64,000 nucleotides of DNA from the human T2T-CHM13v2.0 reference genome, Homo sapiens, in the NCBI RefSeq assembly GCF_009914755.1, contig NC_060929.1, one strand, 5' to 3'. Of the stretch, positions 1 through 11,102 are shown one piece after another. A program made the position numbers and the translations under genes. Below the pieces are notes generated by a model that was given only the letters and a program-made list of their open reading frames with translations, searched no databases and was not told the DNA's origin. Position 1 is the stretch's first letter, and every line of letters begins with the position of its first letter.

Positions 1-589
1 GCCCTCCCAATACCCAGCACATTGGAACAGGGTTAAATGGAGCTTCAAGGATTTGTGCAGGTGGAGTGGAACAAAAGGACAGAAACAGCTGATCAGCTTT
101 AAATGTCTAGGCGGCTAAATCAGGATTAACCTTTTTGGCTTTTGTGCTGATGAGATTTAGAGAGCCCTGCACGTCGCCCAGCTTAGAAGCAGATTTTTCA
201 CTAAATAAGATTTGTACTGTTTTATAAATATCAGCCACTAGATAACTCGATTCACACCACTAGTTAAAAAATAATAATGCTCCTGAGTTGAAATCTATAC
301 GTTAACTTTATATCCTGTTTAAATTAATTGAATTGATATGAAGATAAAAATATTTGTCAATGTATGTTCCAAGCTGTGCATTACTGGGAAGGATTAAAAA
401 AACCACAGACATTTTATCCAACCTCATTTTTCAGTTTGTCTATGGATGATGTTATCTTTCTTCCAGCCAGATAATTAAGTACTTGATGGCACTCATTCAT
501 GCATCGTGTAGCATGCAGCAAGTCTTAAAAATACATGTCATGACCAGTCTCCTTCTTCATCTAAATGAATGAAAATTATGTCAGGGGAA

Positions 590-785
590 GTAATATTCAT
601 AAACTGACTATATGCCAGACACTTCATTTTCTGTGTAAGCTGTTTAATTCTTAAAGCATCCTATGTTAAAATGAAGACTCAGAGATTCAAAGATGTTAAG
701 TAATTTGCTTGCAGTAGGTGGCAGAGCCAAGTTGAGACTCACATACTGGGACTCCAGACCCAGTGATTTATTCTCCCACTGTGTT
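590..785 (-). mobile_element. MIR SINE fragment
   Basis: Matches the reverse complement of the MIR core (ctcagag...gttaagtaatttgc...ggtggcagagcc...gactccagaccc). Confidence 0.65.
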
Positions 786-809
786 CTTACTTTGCTGTGG
801 ACAGACTCC

Positions 810-1050
810 ATAGAAAAGGGTAGAAAACCATGGGCTCTGGAGCCAGAAAAACTCATGATCAAAAGGTATGTCTGCTACTGTCATATTTACGAGACCTTTG
901 GAAGTCATTTAGTCTAAGAGTCTATTTCCATATCTGTAACATGGAGATACTTTTTAACATAGTGAGTTGTTTTAGTGATGACATGACATAGTATAGGTAA
1001 AACGTTTAGCATGCTGTATGGTACATCATTAACTGTATCATTCAATGGTA
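810..1050 (+). mobile_element. MIR SINE
   Basis: MIR 5' motif 'atgggctctggagccaga' and core 'tttccatatctgtaacatggagata'. Confidence 0.7.
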
Positions 1051-2701
1051 CTGATATCCAGTTTTTTTTTAAGTCAGTCCACTGGATATTCTTGGCTTTT
1101 AACAACACATAGGAAATAATATTTCATCTTATTTTTAAAAATAACACCCTTTTTTGAAATATCTTCAAACCTTTCAGATTTTACATTTTACTGTATCTCC
1201 CCTTGTAATGGAGTTCTGTACACACAAGGTGTTATGGGAAAGGGAAATAAAGTTGATACTGAGCTGGTTAGATCTTAACATTATTAATTGTAGGGCACTG
1301 GGGTTTGGTTAATGGCCTCATGTTAGAGCACCAACTGGATTCACCTGGCCTTTGTACATTGGTTGAAGGATTCTTTCTGTTCCAATTTCTCTGCAGACCA
1401 GATCAGAAGGCTTAGGTCAAAGTTGAAACCCTGTAGTATTAGGATTCGGATATTTGGAGAGCTAAGCTAAGGGATGAGATCTCAACGATAACTTAAAAGG
1501 ACTGACGCCACTTGCAATGACCAACAGTGACCTTGCCATCAGAGAGAACCTCATCAGGAAGGACTTTGAGCTCTTAAGGAAGCCACCCCTTTGGAGAGGC
1601 TCTACTTGGACCCACCAAATTCCAATCTGTAGGAAAAAAGCTACAGCCAATTTTCAGGCCGCTTCCAAATACTACATGAGCTAGTTTGGTGTCTAATGTA
1701 ACAGTTGTACATGTTTTAGTGGCTCCACAGTTAGACTTGTTGGACACTAAGGAAGCCATCTATCAGAGAGTTGGTGAGTTCAGAATTTAATGAATACCCT
1801 TCCTTTTATCACTGTTACCATTATTCTGCATTTTCTTAAGCTGTATTTATTTGGATGATCCTAGCTACCTGTTGTCCTCAGAGGCTACAACTTTTATTTC
1901 CTACAAAATAGTTATTCCTTCTTACTTTTATCGTCTTCCTTTTAGAGATGCCTAAGCAATGTGTGTTGTTTGTTTAGAGAAAACTTATGAATATTTCTGG
2001 TTTTGTAACATTTCCATTTGACCTTAGGGGCAAATCATGCTTACAATGTCCTTTGTTCTCTGAATCAAGCCATATAATTTCCATCACTGTCAATGCTGCC
2101 CAACTGGAAGTGGAGACAGAGACTACTACAATATGCTGATTTGATTTCATAAACATTTGGTCCTACTCACATCACGTGCATATCATCATGTGAAATATAT
2201 TATATACAAAGGCTTAGGCCCTCATAACCTGAGGATTTATTCTGTCTGTCCCCTTTATTCATCTTTGTCTTGCTGCTTGGAGGCTGGCTTTTGTGCACAG
2301 ATTGCTGTGAAAATGCCCACTAACGCCTAGAGAATATAAGAAATGGCTTGGGCAGATGTAGGCAGCTGATGCTGATTTGGGTTAACAGCCCCTTTATGTC
2401 AATGCCCACATTCTGGAGCTGATTAAAAATAAGATTTTTCCATAACTCAGAACTTATCAGCTATGTGCATATGTATTTTTGTGTCAGTACGTATGAACCT
2501 AGACAGAGATGTAGAATACAGTTAACTTTTAACATGGGTTATCACAGCTGGCTAGGATGGGGGTGATTATTAACTTTTTACATATATAATTTTATATTGT
2601 TTGATGTAGTACATCAGACACATAGTACTTTAAGAAAAACCCAGTGAAGTGAAACAAAACACAAAGTACACTTCTACAAAGAAAAATGTTATAAACTAAA
2701 T

Positions 2702-2867
2702 CAGTGATTCTCCAAATTTTATGTGCATACCTGTGGATCTTGTTAAACTGCACATTCTGGTTCAGTCAGTGTTGTCGAGTGGAGCCTCTGTTGTTGTATT
2801 TCTAGCAAGCTCCCAGGTGATGCCAATTCCACAGACCAATCTAGGGACCACACTTTCAATAGCAAGG
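2702..2867. mobile_element. MER5A1/MER5A hAT-Charlie DNA transposon
   Basis: cagtgattctcc...ggatcttgttaaactgcacattctggttcagt...tttctagcaagctcccaggtgatgcc...gggaccacactttcaatagcaagg follows the MER5A1 consensus end to end. Confidence 0.8.
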
Positions 2868-4759
2868 AATTAAAACTGGAGGAAGGTAACAGAACTTGTT
2901 CCTCATCAGCAAAAACCAGATGGAAGTAGTGTTGTCACTTTTTTCTATTTCTGTTCCTCCTTAAAAATATTCTAGTAATTGCTAAAATCTAGATAAAATT
3001 TAAAATACTTCTTCAAACCAGACTAGAGAAATGGTTTAATAGGCAGTTGATTTCTGCAGCACAGTGCTAGCAGAGTAAACATCCTGGATAAGCAATTATA
3101 TTTAATTCAGTCAAGCATACATTTACTAGAAAAGCATTTGCTTTAGGAGAATTCAATGCCGTCAGTTTTCCCCAAGAATTTATGTTCTCGTCATAAAAAT
3201 AAGACTTAAAATTTATTCTTGGCTGGAAGAAGAGTAGCATTGTTTGTAGGAAAATGGTAGACATAACAGTTTAAAGTCAAGTATAAGGTTAGTACAAGGA
3301 GCATGCAAAGAAGGTTGGGATCACCCAGACGAGCAGCTGAACTTGGACTAAGTTTACAGGTCCAGTAGGGCTGGATGGTATAAAGAGCCCAGGTTGCCTC
3401 TTTAGATGAAGTCATTGTCTCTAGAAGATGACTCTTGGATGCTTGAGAGAGAGAAGCTTAGAGTTTTTCCTAGGTTCAGGTTTCACGCAGCCAAAGTGGG
3501 ATTAGCTGCTGATTAGCTAGGAATTGCTGACTAGGATCAGCTCTGTTCAGCAAAATCTCATCTCCCCATCACATCCTCATATTCAATTACTCTGACTAAA
3601 ATAAGTATTTGGGTTGTGTCTGCCAGATGGTCAGCTTTCTTTTCCCTAGAAGAGCTGTTCATTAAAGTGGATTAGGGAGAAAAATACTTGGTAGAAAATG
3701 TATAAATAAATGAATTACTTATTATATCTTTGTTCTGTAATTTGAAGATCCCATAAGGGAAATAGAGAAGAACAGAAATACTGTTCAGCTTGAATTCCTG
3801 CTGCCTCCAAAGCAGATTAGGCGAGACAGCATGCCAGACTGCCTGTATCTTTTGATAACCACACTGCAAGCATGGCTTATGATGCATATAGTTCATGACT
3901 TATTGCAGTATGGATTTGTTAGTAATGTTTTGTCCATTGTCATTATGGAAATGGATAGCTTTTTAAAAATGTCATTCTCATTTGATATTTCAAAGTATAT
4001 TTTGTTTGTACATGACTTTATTTCATTTAGGGACCTAATTTTTTTCACAATGAAAGATAAAATGTAATTTGTATGAAATCCAATGAGGAGAAAGAACCGC
4101 TACCACAGAAATTGGATTTAAATCATTTTTCACAATTGTGTTCATGGTATTAAGCTGAGGCTACTGATATTACCACATGCAATTAAAATAAAACTAGTTC
4201 TGTAGCAAAGAAGGGATGGATTTTTCACATTTCCAATTAGCTGTGGTGAATTGGTGACAATTTCATTCAATGACCCAGTCAAGTCTGTGACCAGTGACGG
4301 TGAGTATAGTGAGTATGTCAATAGGTGAACATTTGCAAATTAATATTCACCTTACAAAATCAAGTAAATTTGGGATTACTTGAATTTGCTTTGAGTAAAG
4401 AATTTTGATGAACTGTATTTACTGATTCTGTTTTCAGACTTAGCCTTTTGTGTCTTATTTATTTTCATTTTGTTGCCTTCATTTTGAAAGTTCTACTAGT
4501 AGAATCTGTGTAAAGCTGCTTTTTAATACAGAGTCATGAGATTCTAAGCATTTTTATCTGTATTAAAAAATAATAAATGAACCTATACTTAGTTGCCAAG
4601 TGATCTCTTATGTCAAATTAACTTCCATTTGCTACCCATTAAAATAATGTGTTTCCTTAGTGCATCTGACAGAGCTGTTTGCTCTTTTCTTTCTTCATTT
4701 CTGCCCTCACACTGCCTATCCATTTCTGATCTCACCCTGCCTATCCATTTCTGATGTGA

Positions 4760-5200
4760 CCGTCACCTCTATGTGGTCAGCTTTCACATCTATCCTCTGA
4801 GCATGGTTTCTTTCCTAAGCTTCAACTTCACTTCTCTTTCTTGCTGATGACTTGGTAGTCTTCCCACTTAAAATTGAACTCATCTTTTCTCTTAAAATCA
4901 TGTCCTACTCTAGGTTTCCATATTTCTTTTCAATGTGGCCCCACTCTTACTGCAACTCAAAACTTTAGTCTTCATGCCTTCCTTTCCTTCCCATCCTTAA
5001 CATACATCCCTATCATTCAGGCCCTATCCCATTGACTCCATTCTCATTTGTTATTTCCCACCACCACCCCCTCAACCCTACCCTTCTCATGCCTGGATTA
5101 TAGCAAAGCTTGCTTGACTGATCTCCCCATTTGTTCCCACTCACCCCTCTTTCCTCATTTCCCATCTGGTTAATATGTGCATTAAGGACAGGGCTATCCC
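4760..5200 (+). mobile_element. Degraded L2 LINE fragment
   Basis: Pyrimidine-rich, with L2-like words (aaaattgaactcatcttttc, ctcatgcctggattatagcaaagc). Highly diverged. Confidence 0.45.
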
Positions 5201-6449
5201 TTAGAATTCTTGTATCCTCAGAAGAGAAATTCCCACAATATAGTATTCAAATCTTGTTTTTTCAAAAGGACAAGAGGTCATTTCTGATATTCACCATATG
5301 TCTCTGGTTAGAAATTTGTAACTAAATATGGTACAGACTTCATTTTTAAAATGTTACGCAGAACAGTTAATTTTCTGTGATTATCAGTTGGCTTGGAAGA
5401 TCTCTATGTTTTTTCTCAACTTCTAAATTTCTCAACCCCAAGTTTTCATAATAATGGTAGTATAAGCAGGATCTACATGAGCAGCACAGTGTAGAAAAAT
5501 TTATAATTTAGTATACATTTTTATTTGATAAAATATATAAATTTAGCAAGAGCATATTTTTCTCTTATTTTTTCCAGTTACTTAAAGATTTTTAACTAAA
5601 ATGGTAGATTCAACTGTAAAAAGACAAAATACTTATAAAATATGGATTTGAAACAACTATTTAAATGTAAGAAGAAAAAATTCAATCTGCCAAATGGTCT
5701 TTTAAAAAAACCAGAGAGGAAATTCCTGAAATTGACCAATAGTGATTCTTAGTTATAGTAGGATGCAAAATATTTGCTTTGAGAAAAAAAATCATAATTT
5801 GTTTAATCTTTCTTCAGTAAGAAGAACTTGAGAACATAGCACATGTATCTGAAACTGTTTTCCTAGAAACATGACACCTATGCTTTACAGAAAAAATATG
5901 CCAGTTATAGATGGACTTAGTTTTAAAAGATCATTTTATTCATTAGCAAAACAAATGACAATGATAACAAAACAACAAAACCCACCACCACTGCCCTATA
6001 GCCAGCAAACAAGAAACTCCGTATCTGTTTTACGCTGTTTTAAATCCAATGTTTTCTCATACTTCTATGACTGGTAAAATCAATGTTATGTGATGATTTA
6101 TCAGACTTCTCTCCTCCATCCTGTCTCCTAATTGCACATATCCATTATGAAAGGAGCCCTGTGAAGGTTGCTGGATATATGTCTTCAGAGATCACTCATT
6201 ATTTACTTTTATATTCAATGGAAGTTTTAAACTTTTTCTTATCTGAAGGATGTATAAATCTCATGAGAAGGCAGCTCATTCCAAGAACATAAATTCCTAC
6301 ATCTCTGTGGCAGATGGCCCTTTGTATCAATTAACTGAACAAATCCTTAAGAGATCCAGGTCATCTTGGTGGCCTGAGTTTACATTCAAAAGCAGAGGAA
6401 TCGTGGTAGGATCATTTTCTGTACCTCAGTCCCAACCCAGAAACATTTT

Positions 6450-7600
6450 TTCACTAAAGTTATCAATAACTTCCCAAATTGCTAAATCCAGTGGACATTT
6501 TAGTCACTTTCTGTGACCTCTCAATGGTTACCTATTCCCTTTCTTTGAAAATTTTTTCTTTGTCTTCATAATACCACTCTTTTTTGAATCCTTCCTTGTC
6601 TTCTGACTGCTCTTTCCCAGTCTCCTTTGATGGTGTCTCCTTTTCTTACCAGCCAATAACTGGAGCTACAGACTGCGTCCTGGGCCCCTTTCTGGTTCAA
6701 CTCATACTCTTCCTCTAGGCATTTTCATCTATATCATGGTTTAAATACTAGCTCTCTATAGATAAATCCCAAATTTCAATTTCAGATTCACACGGAGACC
6801 AGACCACATATTCAAAAGTCTATTCTAAAATTCATTTCAATGTACCATTGGCATCTCAAAGATAATCTTTTCTCCAAAGATGCTCCTTAGCTTTCCTTCT
6901 CTCCATAAATGGCACTTCTATCAACCCAGTTGTATAAGCCAGAAGTTGGAAGTCTTCTTTGACATCTCTTTCTCCCTCAATCCCCACATCCTGATGATTT
7001 ATTCCAGCATATGTTGAATCTCTCTGTGTCTCTCCATCTTTTTCTTCCCTATACTGGCTCAACTCACAGTCACATTTCTCCTGCAAATATTTTCACAGCT
7101 TCCTGCCTTGAGCATCCTAATTGTTCCTTATTTTCCTAATAGCTCTTCATCGTCCTTACTTTTGTTCTCAATTCTTTCTCCACACTACAGAAGGAAATTT
7201 CACTTCTGTTTGAAGTTTGCAATAACTTCTTATTGAACTTAGAATAAAACCCAAACTTGTCCACATGGCTGACGCACAATCTTCAGTGGGATCTGACTCT
7301 CACCTGCTTCTCTGGCCTCATGTTGTGCTTCTTTCTTTGCTCATGATAGGTTCTTAGTTCTTAATTTTTGAAACATGTATTTTTCCCATCTCATGGGCCT
7401 GGTATTTCAATTCCTGGGACACCTTTCCCCACCTTTGACTGAAAATACCTGCTCATTCTTTAGTAATCAGCCCAAAGTCACCTCTTCAAAAATGTCCCTT
7501 AACTAGGTTTCCCTGCGATAATCTCTTATTATAATCCTTATTGTACATTCTTATGAATCTCTTATTATTTATTTTTCACTCCTAGAATTTATATTGCCCT
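6450..7600 (+). mobile_element. L2 LINE (RT/3' region)
   Basis: aagttatcaataac...ttgctaaatccagtggacattttagtc, gtcctgggccccttt, ccataaatggcac...cccagttgtataagccagaa and cttagaataaaacccaaac occur in L2 consensus order. Confidence 0.75.
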
Positions 7601-7739
7601 GTATTTGAGAGATTGTATCTCTCACATCTCATTTCCTAGAAAACTCAAGCCCTGAAGTTTCTCTCTCACTCACTCTAGCTTTTGTTTTCTCCTTTCCTAA
7701 TGCTAGATACATAGAATAGTGCTCTGAATATGCCCATGT

Positions 7740-7878
7740 CTTCCTAGCAACCTGCTTAACAAAATTATATTGGGAGCTTGGAATAATAGGAGAATTTAAA
7801 CCATGTAAATTAGCAAATGTTATAAATCAGATACCCCTCTCCCCAGCTAGTTATTAAACATTTGCTACCAAAGCACGG
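7740..7878. mobile_element. MER63-like hAT-Blackjack fragment
   Basis: gagaatttaaaccatgtaaattagcaaatgttataaatcag...ttattaaacattt resembles the MER63 terminal region. Confidence 0.5.
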
Positions 7879-7899
7879 TACACGTATAAATGCATACAC

Positions 7900-8059
7900 A
7901 GTTTACTGAGCAATTGTGTTAAGCACCTAACTGGTATGCGTATTTTCTCATTTAATAGAGTAATCATGTAGTAGATATTGTTATATCTCCATTTTACAGG
8001 TAAGGAAATAACTTTGGAATTGCTAGATGTTCATCACCTCATACAGCATATAATTGGCA
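7900..8059 (-). mobile_element. MIR SINE fragment
   Basis: tttactgagc...ctcatttaat...tctccattttacaggtaaggaaa. Confidence 0.6.
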
Positions 8060-8067
8060 TTGAATAA

Positions 8068-8336
8068 TTTTTTTTTTTTTTTTTTTGAGACGGAGTCTCG
8101 CTCTGTCACGCAGGCTGGAGTGCAGTGGTGCGATCTCAGCTCACTGCAAGCTCCCCTCCCGGGTTCACGCCATTCTCCTGCCTCAGCGTCCCAAGTAACT
8201 GGGACTACAGGCAGCTGCCACCATGCCCGGCTAATTTTTTTTTGTATTTTTTAGTAGAGACGGGGTTTCACTCTGTTAGCCAGGATGGTCTCGATCTCCT
8301 GACCTCGTGATTCGCCCGCCTCGGCCTCCCAAAGTG
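8068..8336 (-). mobile_element. AluY, 5'-truncated by ~33 nt
   Basis: Poly-T tail and AluY diagnostics (gcaagctcc, ggttcacgccattctcc, gttagccaggatggtctcgatctcctgacctcgtgat). Stops at cccaaagtg. Possible TSD 'tgaataa'. Confidence 0.93.
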
Positions 8337-9469
8337 AATAAATATTTTTATACAGTTGAATGAATAACTTGGGGAATATATGGGTGCAAAAAATTATGTG
8401 CCCTTTTTCTATTCTCTTTAATAAGATTCTGCTGCTGCCCACCTGCAAATTTTAGTAATGTTAATCTTCTGTTTTAAACATTTTTAAATTGTAGAAGATA
8501 TTTATGTTTTTTTAGTATCTTAATTCCAAATCCCTTCTCCATAGCAGTAATAAGTAATATAAGACAGTTTAATATTCTCTAGAAAGTTCAAGGGAAATAA
8601 ATAAGAAGTAAAATTCATGTATCAGACCAAATTGTCTTTCAGGTCTAAAGGCAACAGACTGACCTCCTTGAAAATAAAATAATTCAGGAAAATAGAGCTC
8701 TTCTTGAATAATATTCCATCCTATGAAATTCAGCCAACCAAGAGGTGAATCAAACAAAGAACAAATGGAAAAGTTGTTGTAATAGAACTAACATTATGCT
8801 TTAAATCTTTTTCACTTTAAAACTGGCAACAACTATGAGAATTTTGATTGTAGAACTGAATCAAGGTCATAGAAACATTGAGCATATAAAAATAATGTAA
8901 CTAATGAAAAACAAGATGTGAAGGAAGGTAAGGAGGAAGAAATGTAAGATTAAAACTTTTTATCTCACAGAGTTTCAATGAGTATTGACTAAAGTTAAAA
9001 TTGTTCTAATTCTTAAAGGTTTTACATATTATATTTTTAACTGGAAGAATCTGTCTAAAGTGTAGCTATTTCTTCAGTTTTACTTTGTTTTCTTCTGTTA
9101 CATTCAAGTAAAATCAAATCCAAGCTTTTTATTCAAAAGTGCACTATATAATATGGATCTAGTTTAATAAAATGATCTTTGTCTGTCTGTAAATCCCATC
9201 TGCCCATTTTTTTTTTTTTCCTGCTTTCATGAAGCTGATTTTTGAGAGAGAGGAGGCAAGCTCCATCCCCAGCCCCTAATATGGCTTATGGTCATGAGTC
9301 CTCAGTAAATAGCAATGGTGGCAGTAGAGCTAGAACGGTGGTAGAGGTGGTGGTTGACATGGAAGTGGTGGTGGTAGTGACGGTGTTTTGCATCAAGGTA
9401 TGTTCATTAAAGATCACTAACCAACGACATTCTCATCATTAATTATTTATGCTATGTAGAGCACTGTAG

Positions 9470-9680
9470 GGAGGCTATGGAGGAAAATTGTTAACAGCCC
9501 AGGATTTAAAATTAGATTTGAATCCTGGCTTCTTCACTGAATTGACTGATAACTAGGGTTACCTCTAAACTTCTGCTTCATTAACTTTAAAATATTATCT
9601 ACATCTTGGGACTCTTCTTAGAATTAAATGAGATAATGTGTTTCCCTGACATCAATATGAAGTGTTCAATGCATGCTGAT
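9470..9680 (+). mobile_element. MIR SINE
   Basis: gatttgaatcctggcttc...gaattaaatgagataatg...gtgttcaatgcatg. Confidence 0.6.
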
Positions 9681-10216
9681 TGGTGTAGCTGTCATTTCTG
9701 CTGCTTCTCTTATTCCCTATTAAAATAAATCACATTTTTCTTGTTAGTAAATTGATATTTATAAGTGTAATTTGCTTCTAGCTAGCAAGGCTCTAGAAAT
9801 TCAAACACATTCTGATTTCCTGGACGTTAAAAACTCTAATGACTAATGAAGGGAAAAGCTTAGTTTGAAACAAAACAAAAGATTAGATTTGGACCTACAG
9901 ACTTCCAGTCTGCTTGGCTTCCTAAGCTTACACCTTAACATCCCCCCTCTGCTTCAAACATGTAGCAATGATAGATAGAAAGTTTAAACAAGAAAACTAA
10001 CCAGACATAGCTGTCATTCAAAGCAAGAGGAATATCTCCTTGGCCCCCAAATGTATAGAAAGGAATGAGAATCAGTGCATGAGGCTGAAGCCACATCTTT
10101 CTGAATTCTACTTTGGAAGCAGGCAGCGGCAACCTGGAGTTCAGCTCCTCTGGCATACTGGGGCCCGAAATTGTCCTGCCAAGGGGAAACACCAAAACCA
10201 GGCTCATTACTTGAAA

Positions 10217-10438
10217 ACTGATTTCCAACTGGGGATGATTTTACTCCCCAGGGGACATTTGACTATGCCTGGAGACATTTTTGTTTGTCATAACTTGGCA
10301 GGGGTGTGGGGGTGCTATTGGCATCTAGTGGGCAGAATCTAGGTATGCTGCTAAACATCCTGAAAAGCACAGGACAACCCCCACAACAAAGAATTATCCA
10401 GGTCAAAATAGCCTTCCTACCAAGGTGAAAAAGCCCCG
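10217..10438. mobile_element. MER20 hAT-Charlie DNA transposon, near full length
   Basis: ccccaggggacatttg...ctggagacattttt...gtgctattggcatctagtggg...atgctgctaaacatcctg...ccccacaacaaagaattatcc. Confidence 0.9.
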
Positions 10439-10553
10439 ACTAAAGGGTGAGGCGGGCCTTCCTACTAAAAGGAGACTGATGAAGTTGTCTTGGGCCACAG
10501 CCCGAAACTACATCTTTTAAAAATTATTTATTTTTGCTAATTGACAAGTAAAA

Positions 10554-10565
10554 GTATGTGTGTGT

Positions 10566-10605
<40 letters not shown>

Positions 10606-10612
10606 ATGTATA
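10554..10612. repeat. (TG)n/(TATG)n compound microsatellite
   Basis: Read directly from the sequence. Confidence 0.95.
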
Positions 10613-11061
10613 TACTTATATATGGTGTATGAGATGATGTTTATATAATATACAAATATACACACAGGCACATTGTGGAATAGTTACATTAAGCTATTTA
10701 ACATATGCATTACCTCACATACTTATTTCCTTGTAGTGAGAACACAAAAATCTCTTTTGGCAATTTTCAAATATATAATGTATTATAATTAAATCTAGTA
10801 GCCATGATGTACAATAGATCTCTTGAACTTATTTCTTCTAACTGAAATTTGGTGTCCTTTTACTTCCATCCCTCAGCCTCTAGTAATCTCCATTTTACTC
10901 TCTGTTTCTATGAGTTTGACTTTTCTAACACTCCACACATAAGATTCTATGATACTTGTCTTTCTGTGCCTGGTTTATTTCACTTAACATAATGTCCTCC
11001 AAGTTCATCAATGTTGTTGCAAATGGAAAGATTTTCTTCTTTTGTAATGGAGAATAGTATT

Positions 11062-11066
<5 letters not shown>

Positions 11067-11100
<34 letters not shown>
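11067..11100. repeat. (GT)17 microsatellite inside the L1
   Basis: Perfect GT run. Confidence 0.97.

Positions 11101-11102
<2 letters not shown>

Noticed and set aside
9315-9385. Val-rich ORF segment (9242-9442)
   Set aside because: A degenerate (GTG)n low-complexity tract.
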